Origin: Promethearchaeota archaeon
GTDB taxonomy: Archaea > Asgardarchaeota > Lokiarchaeia > Sigyniarchaeales > SOKP01
Assembly: GCA_048939995.1 (NCBI GenBank)
Contig: JBHLOY010000025.1
Location: forward strand, 1-22,433
Direction: 5' to 3'
Length of the DNA: 22,433 bases
Part shown: positions 7,919 through 17,464 of the stretch, piece by piece
Numbering within the stretch: the stretch's first letter is position 1
Layout of the letters: each line of letters starts with the position of its first letter
Notes under the pieces: model-generated
What the model was told of the DNA's origin: nothing
Databases searched by the model: none
The model's input: the letters and a program-made list of their open reading frames with translations, nothing else
Position numbers and translations under genes: made by a program

Positions 7919-8776
7919 GTGTATAACATCGTGAAGCTTTCAAATAGTGAAGAAAAGCAAATTTCAGTGGAGTTAATAGATCTTAAAAAAGATATTTTAA
8001 AAATGATATACAATGCACAGTCTGGACACCCTGGGGGTTCATTATCATGCATAAATATACTGTTTGTTTTATATACTAAAATTATGAGATTTAAAAAGGA
8101 TGATCCTCAATGGGAAGATAGAGATATCTTTATTTTAAGTAAAGGTCATGCTGCACCAGCTTTATATGCTGTACTATCTAAGATAGGTCTTATAAAAAAA
8201 GAGGAATTACTTAACCTTAGAAAATTTGGATCTGATTTGCAAGGTCATCCCGTCAAAAATTCAAAGTTAGGAATAGAGATTTCTACCGGTTCTTTAGGAA
8301 TGGGTTTATCAGTAGGAGTGGGTTGTGCTTTAGCATTAAAACTAGATAAAAAAGATAATTTTGTCTACGTATTAGTAGGCGATGGAGAATTAAACGAGGG
8401 TGCAATCTGGGAAGCAGCAATGGCAGCTAACCATTACAAATTAGATAATTTAATTACAATTGTAGATCGAAATGGAATCCAAATTGATGGATCCACAGAA
8501 GAAATAATGGCTTTAGAACCCTTAGCTGAAAAATGGAAAGCTTTTGGATGGGAAGTGATTGAAGTAGATGGTTCAAATATTAATGAGACAATTCAAGCGT
8601 TTGAGAGATCTAAAAAAATTCTAAGAAAACCCAAAATTATTATCTCATATTTAGTCAAAGGTTCAGAAGTCTCATTTATGGAACATACAAAGAAATTCCA
8701 TGGACGAGCTCCTAATAAAGAGGAATTCGAAATGGCAATGAAAGAACTTGAAACATTAAGAAGCAGGTTGACTTGA
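7919..8776 (+). CDS. tkt: Transketolase, N-terminal (ThDP-binding) subunit
   Basis: SGHPGGSLS, RDIFILSKGHAAPALY, LQGHP, STGSLGMG and the ThDP motif GDGELNEG...DRN. Confidence 0.95.
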   Translation: MYNIVKLSNSEEKQISVELIDLKKDILKMIYNAQSGHPGGSLSCINILFVLYTKIMRFKKDDPQWEDRDIFILSKGHAAPALYAVLSKIGLIKKEELLNLRKFGSDLQGHPVKNSKLGIEISTGSLGMGLSVGVGCALALKLDKKDNFVYVLVGDGELNEGAIWEAAMAANHYKLDNLITIVDRNGIQIDGSTEEIMALEPLAEKWKAFGWEVIEVDGSNINETIQAFERSKKILRKPKIIISYLVKGSEVSFMEHTKKFHGRAPNKEEFEMAMKELETLRSRLT

Positions 8777-8787
8777 GGAATTCAAAA

Positions 8788-9717
8788 ATGGAAAATCAAG
8801 CACTTAGAGATACTTTTGGAGAATTTTTAATAAATGTAGGCAGAAAAAATGATAAAATTGTCGTTTTAGATTGCGATTTATCATCTTCTACTCGGACTAA
8901 TAAATTTGCTAAAGCATTTCCTCAGAGATTCTTTAATATGGGAATTGCAGAGCAAAATATGGTAGGAGTGGCATTAGGTCTGGCAATTTCTGGCAAGATA
9001 CCAGTAATAAGTGGATTCTCTATATTCACAACGGGAAGAGCTTGGGAATTCATACGTTTAGCATGTCATGATAACTTAAATCTTAAAATTATTACTACTC
9101 ATGGAGGAGTCGTAGGAGAAGATGGAAGCACTCATAACGCTTTAGAAGACTTAAGTTTGATGGCTAGCTTGCCAAATTTAAGAATATTAGTGCCATCTGA
9201 CAGTATAGAACTTTTAAAGATATTAGATTATAGTATGAACACATTTGGTCCATTTTATATAAGATTACCGAGAGGCAGCTTTCCTATTATTCATAAAAAT
9301 GATTATTCATTTTCTATAGGCGATCCTGATGTGATTAAGGAAGGTGAAGATTATGGTATTATTGGAAACGGTTATGGAACAGTTTTAGGAGTTAAATATG
9401 CAACTAAATTAGAGAATGAATTAAATTGTTCAATAAAACTGATTAATTTTCCCACAATCAAACCAATTAATCAAAAGAGGCTTCAAGGAGAATTAAAATC
9501 TCTTAAAGGGGTAATAATTATAGAAGAACATAATATATATTGTGGTTTTGGGAGTATATTGGCTCGAATACTCGCTGAAAGTGATCTAACAATGAAATTT
9601 ATAGGAATAGAAAATTCTTTTGGAAGTTCTGGTTCTAGAGAGGATATTTTAAATTTTCTTGGGCTTAATTATGAAAATATAAAAAAGAATCTATTAGAAT
9701 TAATCAAATCATTTTAA
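8788..9717 (+). CDS. tkt: Transketolase, C-terminal (pyrimidine-binding + C-terminal domain) subunit
   Basis: RFFNMGIAEQNMVG, GEDGSTH, GPFYIRLPR and IEEH..GFGS. ATG 8788 follows GAGGA (8775-8779); TTG 8773, overlapping the upstream TGA, is the alternative. Confidence 0.93.
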   Translation: MENQALRDTFGEFLINVGRKNDKIVVLDCDLSSSTRTNKFAKAFPQRFFNMGIAEQNMVGVALGLAISGKIPVISGFSIFTTGRAWEFIRLACHDNLNLKIITTHGGVVGEDGSTHNALEDLSLMASLPNLRILVPSDSIELLKILDYSMNTFGPFYIRLPRGSFPIIHKNDYSFSIGDPDVIKEGEDYGIIGNGYGTVLGVKYATKLENELNCSIKLINFPTIKPINQKRLQGELKSLKGVIIIEEHNIYCGFGSILARILAESDLTMKFIGIENSFGSSGSREDILNFLGLNYENIKKNLLELIKSF

Positions 9718-9734
9718 ATTAAGGTAGTTATTTC

Positions 9735-10361
9735 TTGAAAATGAAAGTAGCAGTTTCTATTCATGCCACAGAGAATTTTGATCCTAATAGTCTAACAGGA
9801 TTAAAAGGTTTAGATTATGTCCATATAGACGTTATGGATGGTAAATTTGTAAGTTCGGAAAATCTAAATTTTGATGTCTTTAAAGTCATAAAAGAAAAAT
9901 TTGAAATCCCTATAATAGCTCATCTAATGGTAAACAATCCATTAGATCATATATTTAATATAATTGAATTTTGTTATGCAATTCTTTTTCATTTTGAAAT
10001 TCAAGAAGATCTCAATTATATTATTAAAAAAATAAAGGAAAAAGGAAAGAAAGCCGGAATTGTTTTAAATCCAGAAACAGAAGTTTCTGAAGTATTGAAA
10101 TACCTCCCTTTATTAGATTTAGTTTTAGTTTTAGGTGTAAATCCAGGTTGGTCAGGTCAAAAATTTAAATTAAATACTATAAATAAAGTAAATGAATTAG
10201 CTACGTTTAAGAAACAATTCTCATTTCTAATTGATGTAGATGGCGGAATCGATCTCACAAATGCCCCATTATTGGAAAAAGCAGACATATTAACTAGCGC
10301 AAGCACAATTTTAAGAGCAAAAGATCCCAATAATGTAATTCTTAAATTAAAAGGTAGGTAA
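9735..10361 (+). CDS. rpe: Ribulose-phosphate 3-epimerase
   Basis: HIDVMDGKFV, AHLMV, VNPGWSGQ and VDGGI: the His/Asp/His/Asp metal ligands are retained. Start at TTG 9735 or ATG 9741. Confidence 0.92.
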   Translation: MKMKVAVSIHATENFDPNSLTGLKGLDYVHIDVMDGKFVSSENLNFDVFKVIKEKFEIPIIAHLMVNNPLDHIFNIIEFCYAILFHFEIQEDLNYIIKKIKEKGKKAGIVLNPETEVSEVLKYLPLLDLVLVLGVNPGWSGQKFKLNTINKVNELATFKKQFSFLIDVDGGIDLTNAPLLEKADILTSASTILRAKDPNNVILKLKGR

Positions 10362-10372
10362 TCTTTTTTTAT
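10362..10372 (+). terminator. Oligo-T terminator of the heptose-PPP operon
   Basis: TAA-TCTTTTTTT directly after the rpe stop, the same TAATCTTTTTT context as after ileS. Confidence 0.5.
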
Positions 10373-10419
10373 TAATAAAATTTAATTGCCATGTTTTGAG
10401 AAATAAATTATTATTTATT

Positions 10420-10436
10420 CTAAAAATTTAATATTA
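10420..10436 (+). promoter_or_regulatory. Putative BRE/TATA promoter of the flippase gene
   Basis: CTAAAAATTTAATATTA, identical to 3966-3982, about 53 nt upstream of ATG 10489. Confidence 0.45.
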
Positions 10437-10488
10437 ATATTTCCATCTATCATTTGATATCACAGAATTTAATTGAATATGTGGTTCT

Positions 10489-12147
10489 ATGGAAGAAGAT
10501 AAAGAAAGTAAGCAAAGGAAAAGGGAGATGGAACGGGAATACAAAAGTCTCGCTAAAAACTCCATCTTATCCTTCATCCATAGCTATAGCGGATTTTTTC
10601 TTTCGATAATCACTTCGTTTATCATGGCAAGAATAATCTCCCAGATAACTTGGGGCTTCTTAATTATTGCTTTATCTTATGTAGCAATCTTTACGTTAAC
10701 TCTTACATTTCTCCCTCCTAGCCTTGGCTTATCATTTAATTATTTCATTCCAAGAGACAGGGCTTTAAAACAAAATACAAAACTCAAATCTTTCATAAAA
10801 AAATCATTAATAATTAGATTATTCTTCGTACTTGCAACTTTTCTCGTCAGTCTCCTATTTATGTTTCTATTAATTGATATTTTTTCTATTGAAATCGGAG
10901 GTTATGAATATCTTCTTTATTTATTATCCCCATTAATAATCATTCAAGGTATAGATCAAGTATTTAACGATATACTTCGGGGATTCAACCTATTTACGAT
11001 TGTATATTATATGTTATTAGTAAGAAATCTCATTTATATTGGTGGTTTAATTTTCTTATTTTTAAATGTCAACTTAGTGAGTTTAACTAATATTTCAATT
11101 ATTTTTGTATTGTCAAATTTGATCCCGTTTATTATAGATTTTTTTATTATTTTTAGAATTCAACGGAAAATAAGAAATACTGAGGAGAGCCCACTTACAT
11201 TTAAAGATGTGTTTTCACGATTAATAAAATATGGATCCCATTTAAGTATTAAAACCTATTTAGATCGATTTACTAGGGAATTCAAAACAATATTAGTTGG
11301 CACATTTCAACTATCTGGAATAGTTACGGGGTATAATATTGGAGTGCACTATTCAGATGTTAGTTTTGAAGCTATTGGATCCTTTAATAGACCTTTAACT
11401 ATCTCATTTTCAAGTTTAGATGCCAAGAATAAAACTAAGGAAATTGAGGGCATTTACAGAAATCTCTTTCACTATGCTCAATTTTTTATCTTATTGATTT
11501 CTGGTTTTCTATTTTTTCTAACAGATATTTACCTTAGTCTTATTTATTCAGATTATTCAGAATCTTTTGCGTTATATTCAGTTATACTGAAAGTGTTAAT
11601 CTTGGCTACAATCTTCACTCTTAAACCTGCATTTTTTTACAGTCTTTTGAGAGCGAGTAATAAAGTGAAATACATCGTTCCGATTAGAATAATCAATTTC
11701 GTAATTAATCTTGTTATTTTTTTAGTTGGTTTAATATACTTTGGAATCATTGGTGCAGTAATCGCAGTAATAATTGGAAATATATTCTCTTTTGTCCTCT
11801 TTACCTTTCTAGTTTTGAAGTTGTTTAATATCAAATTGGATGTATACAAAACAATTTGTCTCTATACATCATTCTTTTTTGCTTTGGGATTCTCTCTATT
11901 TTTGGAGAAACTTTTTCTTGCTGAGTTTAATTATTTTATTCTTAAGAACTTGCATCTCTTATTTCTCCAAGATTTTCAATTTTTAACTCTGATAACCTTT
12001 TTAATACTCTTCTTTTTATTTTTAATTTTGCTCGATATTTTCTCAGCAACAGATCTCACAAATTTGGAATCAATTTTTAGTAAAGACAATTTTATCGATA
12101 AAATAATAAGAAAGAGTTTGAGATTATTAAAGAAAGTTATAAAATAA
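10489..12147 (+). CDS. Oligosaccharide flippase (Wzx/MOP superfamily polysaccharide export protein)
   Basis: 552 aa with roughly 12-14 hydrophobic segments; LAKNS..SF and IMARII N-terminal pattern, FGIIGAVIA near the C-terminus; sits in a glycan locus. Confidence 0.85.
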   Translation: MEEDKESKQRKREMEREYKSLAKNSILSFIHSYSGFFLSIITSFIMARIISQITWGFLIIALSYVAIFTLTLTFLPPSLGLSFNYFIPRDRALKQNTKLKSFIKKSLIIRLFFVLATFLVSLLFMFLLIDIFSIEIGGYEYLLYLLSPLIIIQGIDQVFNDILRGFNLFTIVYYMLLVRNLIYIGGLIFLFLNVNLVSLTNISIIFVLSNLIPFIIDFFIIFRIQRKIRNTEESPLTFKDVFSRLIKYGSHLSIKTYLDRFTREFKTILVGTFQLSGIVTGYNIGVHYSDVSFEAIGSFNRPLTISFSSLDAKNKTKEIEGIYRNLFHYAQFFILLISGFLFFLTDIYLSLIYSDYSESFALYSVILKVLILATIFTLKPAFFYSLLRASNKVKYIVPIRIINFVINLVIFLVGLIYFGIIGAVIAVIIGNIFSFVLFTFLVLKLFNIKLDVYKTICLYTSFFFALGFSLFLEKLFLAEFNYFILKNLHLLFLQDFQFLTLITFLILFFLFLILLDIFSATDLTNLESIFSKDNFIDKIIRKSLRLLKKVIK

Positions 12148-12149
12148 AA

Positions 12150-13400
12150 TTATAAATTTTTGAAAAAATCAACGTAATCGTTAATTATATTCTTCCAATT
12201 ATATTTTTCAACAACTCTTTGGTGGCCCTTTTCACCCATAGATTTTCTAACTTGTTCATTTTCAAGTAAAAATATAATTTTCTGAATTAATTCTTCTAGG
12301 TTATTTGGCTTTATAAGAATACCAGTTTCCCCATCAACTACGGATTCTGAAACGCCAATAATTTTTGATCCTATTACTGGAACTTTATAGTAGTTAGCTT
12401 CTAAGTAAACTACCCCAAAACCTTCAATTGAATTTTTTTCTCTCGCAGATGGCATTAAAAACAAATCAGATAATTTATAGAATTTATTTCGTTTCAATAC
12501 ACCACATTCCCCTAAAAAGATTACTTCCTCTTGTAATCTCAACTGTTTTGTTAACTCTTTTAGCATCGGTGTAGCTTCACCATCTCCAATTAAATAATAT
12601 TTCAATTTAAGATCAGGAAATCTTTTTTTAATCTCATAAACAGCCCGTATAACTAAATCGAATTTTTTTCTTAAAACTTGGCGACCAACGCTTAATAGCA
12701 CAAAAATATCTTTTGGAATATTGAATTCATTTCTTAATTCTTCTTTTGTTTGATAAAGATTATAATCTTCTAAATTTATACCTGTTCTTACAATAGAAAA
12801 TTTATTATCGTCTAAATTGTGCATTTTCTTCATCATATCTTTAAGACTATACGTGTGGACCATAAATTTATCTATGTTTCTATAGAAATAAGTTCTTAGA
12901 GATAATCTTTTATGAATTATTACATCATTACCATGCGCAAACGATACTAACTTCAGATTATACAACTTAGACACTAAAAAAGCCAGCGGTAAAATTTTTC
13001 CTCCCGAATGGCCTCCAAATATTACATCAGGATTTAACTTTTTTAAAATGGGCTCAAATTGAATGCTCTTTTCTGTTATATAGCTTAAAATTTTAGGCTT
13101 TATTAATAAATATAAAATAATTTTTAATCTATGGGAAAACGGTACTTGTTTAGCTCCCAATAATCTCCAAATCGCTAAGATTATAACCTTCCAGAACTTC
13201 CTTGACTTTAATAAATTAAAATTAATCTTTTTATCGCTGGATTTTAGAGGAAATCGATAAATATTTTTACCACTTATGAAAGGATTAAAGACGTATAATT
13301 TATACTCCTTATCTTTAAAAAATTTGCATAGATATGTCAATGTATGCGAAATACCACCTAAATTTGGATAAAAATCATCTGTAATCAATACAATCCTCAT
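12150..13400 (-). CDS. Glycosyltransferase family 4 (GT-B, retaining)
   Basis: DFYPNLGGI, FAHGND, SVGRQVLRKK and the EX7E motif EGFGVVYLEA; ends with YNW. Confidence 0.92.
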   Translation of the reverse strand: MRIVLITDDFYPNLGGISHTLTYLCKFFKDKEYKLYVFNPFISGKNIYRFPLKSSDKKINFNLLKSRKFWKVIILAIWRLLGAKQVPFSHRLKIILYLLIKPKILSYITEKSIQFEPILKKLNPDVIFGGHSGGKILPLAFLVSKLYNLKLVSFAHGNDVIIHKRLSLRTYFYRNIDKFMVHTYSLKDMMKKMHNLDDNKFSIVRTGINLEDYNLYQTKEELRNEFNIPKDIFVLLSVGRQVLRKKFDLVIRAVYEIKKRFPDLKLKYYLIGDGEATPMLKELTKQLRLQEEVIFLGECGVLKRNKFYKLSDLFLMPSAREKNSIEGFGVVYLEANYYKVPVIGSKIIGVSESVVDGETGILIKPNNLEELIQKIIFLLENEQVRKSMGEKGHQRVVEKYNWKNIINDYVDFFKNL

Positions 13401-13546
13401 AAATCTTCGTCTGATTGTAGTTTTCTGCTATTTATTTTTTTATTATCTATTAAGATACTTGAATTACCAAGATATCTTACATTACTAAATATTTTTAATA
13501 AAATCATATAACTTTTAGGATTTTTATGCTTTAATCATCTTTTTTT

Positions 13547-14284
13547 TTATGATAAAGATATTTTTTGCCATACAAAACATGCGTTACAGTTCACACCCAA
13601 CGAAATTCTATCCTCTTTAGCATTCGAAATTGTTTTTGCTTTATCGAGATCACACCTAATCCAATTATTTGAATTATCGCGGAAAAAATATTCTTCATAA
13701 ATCAACTTTAAATCTCCTTGATCGAACAGTGAGCTTATTTCTTCATATGTAAAGGATCTCATGAAATCATCTTCATACTTTTTACCAAAGGGAACAGTAA
13801 CAATTAATTTTCCATCGAGCTTTAATAATTTAGAAAGCTTCTTACAAATCTCTTTAAGAGCAAACTCATTTCTTGCTTGTTTATAGGCTTTTAACCCAAT
13901 ATGTTCTAAGACAGAGATTGAAATGATATAATCAAACTTTTCTTCTTCCTCAAAATTTAATAGATTAGTTTGATGAAAAGTAAGATTTGGGTGTTTTAAA
14001 ATATATTTTCTAAGGTCAATTCCTACTACTTCATAACCTAAGACAGCAAGTTGTAAGGCAACATAGCTCTTAGCGCATCCAAATTCAAGTACTCTTTTCC
14101 CTTTACCATCTAAATCGATAAAGTGGTGAATGAATGGAAGTTCAAAGATTTTTGGGCTGATATGCCAATGTCCAGAAATATATCTAACTGGTAAATTAAA
14201 AAATTTGGGATAGTTAACGCTATTTAACTTAAAATATTTTAACAACTGATTAAGTTTTTTTCTTATAATCCTTGGAATTCTCAA
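13547..14284 (-). CDS. Class I SAM-dependent methyltransferase, probably glycan-modifying
   Basis: Motif I VLEFGC, VVGIDLR, FDYIISISVLEHIGL and LKLDGKLIVTVP; TTG start. Confidence 0.85.
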   Translation of the reverse strand: MRIPRIIRKKLNQLLKYFKLNSVNYPKFFNLPVRYISGHWHISPKIFELPFIHHFIDLDGKGKRVLEFGCAKSYVALQLAVLGYEVVGIDLRKYILKHPNLTFHQTNLLNFEEEEKFDYIISISVLEHIGLKAYKQARNEFALKEICKKLSKLLKLDGKLIVTVPFGKKYEDDFMRSFTYEEISSLFDQGDLKLIYEEYFFRDNSNNWIRCDLDKAKTISNAKEDRISLGVNCNACFVWQKISLS

Positions 14285-14343
14285 ATTATTTCAATTTTTT
14301 TTGTAATATTAAATTTTAAAGTAAAAAAAATTTTCATATAAGA

Positions 14344-15336
14344 TTATATTCCATCAATTTTACCTTTCCAATATTCTCTATGCCTTTCTAAATCCAGAAT
14401 TAAATGGCTCTTTATTTCAGAAAAGTTATATTCTTCATGATCCTGGATATTTAGAGAGTTATATTCATTAGGATCATGTACCTTTATATTTGGTATAATC
14501 CCTTCTCGTGAAAATTCGTTTGCCCATTTTAACAACATTTCCTGTTTCTTTTTATGCTCAAAAATATGAGCAAACCCTCCACTTGCCATGACAGGTATGC
14601 ATCCATGGCTTCTACCACCTATATAATATTTACATGCACTATATAAACTTTTATATGCTTTATAGTCGCTATTATAAAAAATGGGTTCCTCAAATAGTTG
14701 TTTTGCTCTAATATACTCAAATGGCTCGTGCACTGATATGATCGAAATTTTTTCTTTAATCTGTTCATAAAGATTCATGTAAAAATCACGAAATTTATCA
14801 ATTAATAAAGGAGTAAAAATTACATCTTCTTTTTTTCCTTCATGTTTATAATTCGCATGGAAAGCTGGATCAAAAAACCATTTTGCGTCTATATTAGCGG
14901 ATTTTAAATATTTCATTGCCCAGATATCCCTTACCGTGGCACCCTTAATCAATTTTTTTTCATTAGCTTTTTTAATAATATTTATAATATAATCAGCTTG
15001 ATACATTCCAACGCCAACAATATAAATGGGTATATTAAATTTTATACATAGCTTATATACTTTTAATAATGTATTTCCCCATTCTGGGGTTCCAGCAACA
15101 ATAAAAGCATTAACATACTTAATTAAATCATTAATTTGCGGATAATTCCTTTGTAACCTCCATTGAGGAGTCCAACGATATCCTTCTTCCTTATCTTTAA
15201 CAGAAATTTGATTTCGGTTTAGCCATAAGATTGAACTTTTAGGATCAATCTCCAATACATTATATACACCTTCTCGAATTAAATCATCACCAAGATTCCA
15301 ACCACTAGTTGTACTTAATATTATCATGTTTTCCAA
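14344..15336 (-). CDS. Polysaccharide pyruvyltransferase family protein
   Basis: NLGDDLI, GVG, TVRD, DPAF and GRSHG motifs; TTG start preceded by AGAGAGG. Confidence 0.8.
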   Translation of the reverse strand: MENMIILSTTSGWNLGDDLIREGVYNVLEIDPKSSILWLNRNQISVKDKEEGYRWTPQWRLQRNYPQINDLIKYVNAFIVAGTPEWGNTLLKVYKLCIKFNIPIYIVGVGMYQADYIINIIKKANEKKLIKGATVRDIWAMKYLKSANIDAKWFFDPAFHANYKHEGKKEDVIFTPLLIDKFRDFYMNLYEQIKEKISIISVHEPFEYIRAKQLFEEPIFYNSDYKAYKSLYSACKYYIGGRSHGCIPVMASGGFAHIFEHKKKQEMLLKWANEFSREGIIPNIKVHDPNEYNSLNIQDHEEYNFSEIKSHLILDLERHREYWKGKIDGI

Positions 15337-15378
15337 TCAAACCTCTCTAAGTTCTTAAATATTTAATTAATCACAATT

Positions 15379-16254
15379 CTAATAGTACCCATAATATCTC
15401 ATTAAATCTCCTGCAATAAGGTTAAATTTGTGCATTTGTTCGGGTTCCCAATTTTTCCAATGCGGAAGTTTAAAAGAACGTGTTTTATTAATCTTTTCTG
15501 ACAAAAGTGTATCTAGCTTCGATCTTTTTAAATCTAAGGAATAATCTAACTCAAAAAAATCCAATATTTTTTGAATTCCACTATAATTTTGCTTAAATAG
15601 ATCTTCAAAATGGATTATCATCGCTTTATTATCATCTTTTATAGCCTCTTGGATAAAACGATTAATTTTCTGCCATTTCCAAGCAAATCTTTCTAATTGA
15701 CTCATATGGTTCCATAGATCTCGATATGGATCATCCTTGAAATCGATAGCTCGAATCCGCCAGATATCCTTCATAATATTGTTTATTCTTAGTAAATTTA
15801 ATTTACGATACCAGTCAGTATTAATAGGGATCATTCTCAGTACATCTACTAAAGGTAAAGAAGTTTTAAAAACAAAAGATTCTTGAATTCCGCGACTCAA
15901 GGCTGATCTTAACCATTCTCTCCCATCTCTCACAATGTGGATAATTCTATAATCTGAAAAGATTTTTTTAATAATGGGGATAAGGGTGCTAAGATACGGA
16001 TTGGATTCAATATACGTTGCTTCTTGCACATTGTTGTATAGATTATATCTTAATTTGAGAAATTCTTGTGTTGCGTTCTCCAAAGAAATCTTCCCTACTT
16101 CAAACCTATATCTCAATTTCAAGAAATTAATTTCTGGTTCATGCCTAACATCAATATCGTTGAATAAATTATTCAATAAATAAACTAAAAATTTAGTACC
16201 AGTTCTTCCAGTAGAAACGATAAATCTAGGAGTAAAGCCTTGCCAAATTGTCAT
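15379..16254 (-). CDS. PAPS-dependent sulfotransferase
   Basis: 5'-PSB loop FIVSTGRTGTKFL, HEP, 3'-PB motif IIHIVRDGREWLRS and IHFEDL. Confidence 0.87.
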   Translation of the reverse strand: MTIWQGFTPRFIVSTGRTGTKFLVYLLNNLFNDIDVRHEPEINFLKLRYRFEVGKISLENATQEFLKLRYNLYNNVQEATYIESNPYLSTLIPIIKKIFSDYRIIHIVRDGREWLRSALSRGIQESFVFKTSLPLVDVLRMIPINTDWYRKLNLLRINNIMKDIWRIRAIDFKDDPYRDLWNHMSQLERFAWKWQKINRFIQEAIKDDNKAMIIHFEDLFKQNYSGIQKILDFFELDYSLDLKRSKLDTLLSEKINKTRSFKLPHWKNWEPEQMHKFNLIAGDLMRYYGYY

Positions 16255-16397
16255 TTGAAATTAAAATAATATGTAGTTTAATTAAAAGACCATTATCTAT
16301 GGATAGAAAGTTATAATTAATAATAGCGGAATTAAAATAAATTTTTTCTTAATGTATAAGTGAAAATTAGATTCGACTACCATGTTTTAATTTTTTA

Positions 16398-17276
16398 TTA
16401 CTTCTCTTCTTCCCAATTATAATCAACATTTAAATAATCATATAATTGTAGGTTATATGGTTTGAAATACTCTTTCAAATATTCACTCATTTTCTCATCC
16501 ATTTTTGTATATTCATGAGAAAACACTTTTTTGAATTGTTTATGTTTCATTTTGGGTAAGCCTAAGAATTCATAGACTCTATTCATTACATCCTGAGGAT
16601 AACGATACATCTCTTCGCTTTTAATTACTAAAATCTGCTCTTTGGGGAAATATTTATACCAGTTTTTGATTTGATTTACATATATCCCTCTAGTTAGATA
16701 TGAATAATTGGCATATTTTCTACTTCTATATTTTCTACTTTTAATAATCTTATCTTTTTCTCCTTTTAATCTTTCAGTTTCTTTCTTTATAGCTTCTTCA
16801 AAAGTTAAATTTTCGCGTTTATTTCTTACAGAATGATTATAATGAGAATAGGCTCTTTTTACGGGATTTCTTAAAAGAATTATTATTTTAACTTTTGGCA
16901 ATAATGAATAAATCCTTTGAGGAACAAGGGGATGAAAAATATAATAAGGAGATTTCTCTCCGGTAATAAAATTAATTTTTTTAAATTTCCTATAGAATTG
17001 TCTACTAATTTTTGTAGGAAAATAAGATTTGTACCAATTAATTCCATTATAAAAATGGTTATCGAAAAAGTGAATTTCTTTTTGGTATGCGGGTATTTTG
17101 ATATATGGATGCTCTGATAAAAAATTAATCAAAAAGCTAGTTCCACTTTTCATTGCTCCCGCAATGATAAAGTCTGGTAAAACTCTAGCATTATTGGTTA
17201 ATTTTCTAAATAAATTTATCAATTTTATTCTAAGCTTATGAGGAAGAAAAAAAAATCTATTTATGATTTTCTCCAT
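16398..17276 (-). CDS. PAPS-dependent sulfotransferase of the heparan-sulfate 3-O-ST / NDST sulfotransferase-domain type
   Basis: LPDFIIAGAMKSGTS (5'-PSB), KEIHFFD, GEKSPYY, LLRNPVKRAYSHY (3'-PB), NWYKYFPKEQILVI and LKEYFKPYN. Confidence 0.92.
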   Translation of the reverse strand: MEKIINRFFFLPHKLRIKLINLFRKLTNNARVLPDFIIAGAMKSGTSFLINFLSEHPYIKIPAYQKEIHFFDNHFYNGINWYKSYFPTKISRQFYRKFKKINFITGEKSPYYIFHPLVPQRIYSLLPKVKIIILLRNPVKRAYSHYNHSVRNKRENLTFEEAIKKETERLKGEKDKIIKSRKYRSRKYANYSYLTRGIYVNQIKNWYKYFPKEQILVIKSEEMYRYPQDVMNRVYEFLGLPKMKHKQFKKVFSHEYTKMDEKMSEYLKEYFKPYNLQLYDYLNVDYNWEEEK

Positions 17277-17464
17277 AACAGATCTAATTAATTTTCCATT
17301 CAGTTAGATAAAATGAATTAAAAGAAATTTAAGTATTTTATTTTTATCTATTCAATTTTAATGCTTTCACTTTTTAATTTCAAATAAAAAGACTTAAGAA
17401 TTTTTTAAAAGAAAATAAAAGAAAATATTACAAAATTAAATAATAACCTTAACTTTATTTCTTA

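Noticed and set aside
8761-8790. Split transketolase as a frameshifted pseudogene or programmed fusion
   Set aside because: Two-subunit transketolases are normal in archaea and many anaerobes. The second gene has its own GAGGA + ATG and there is no slippery site.
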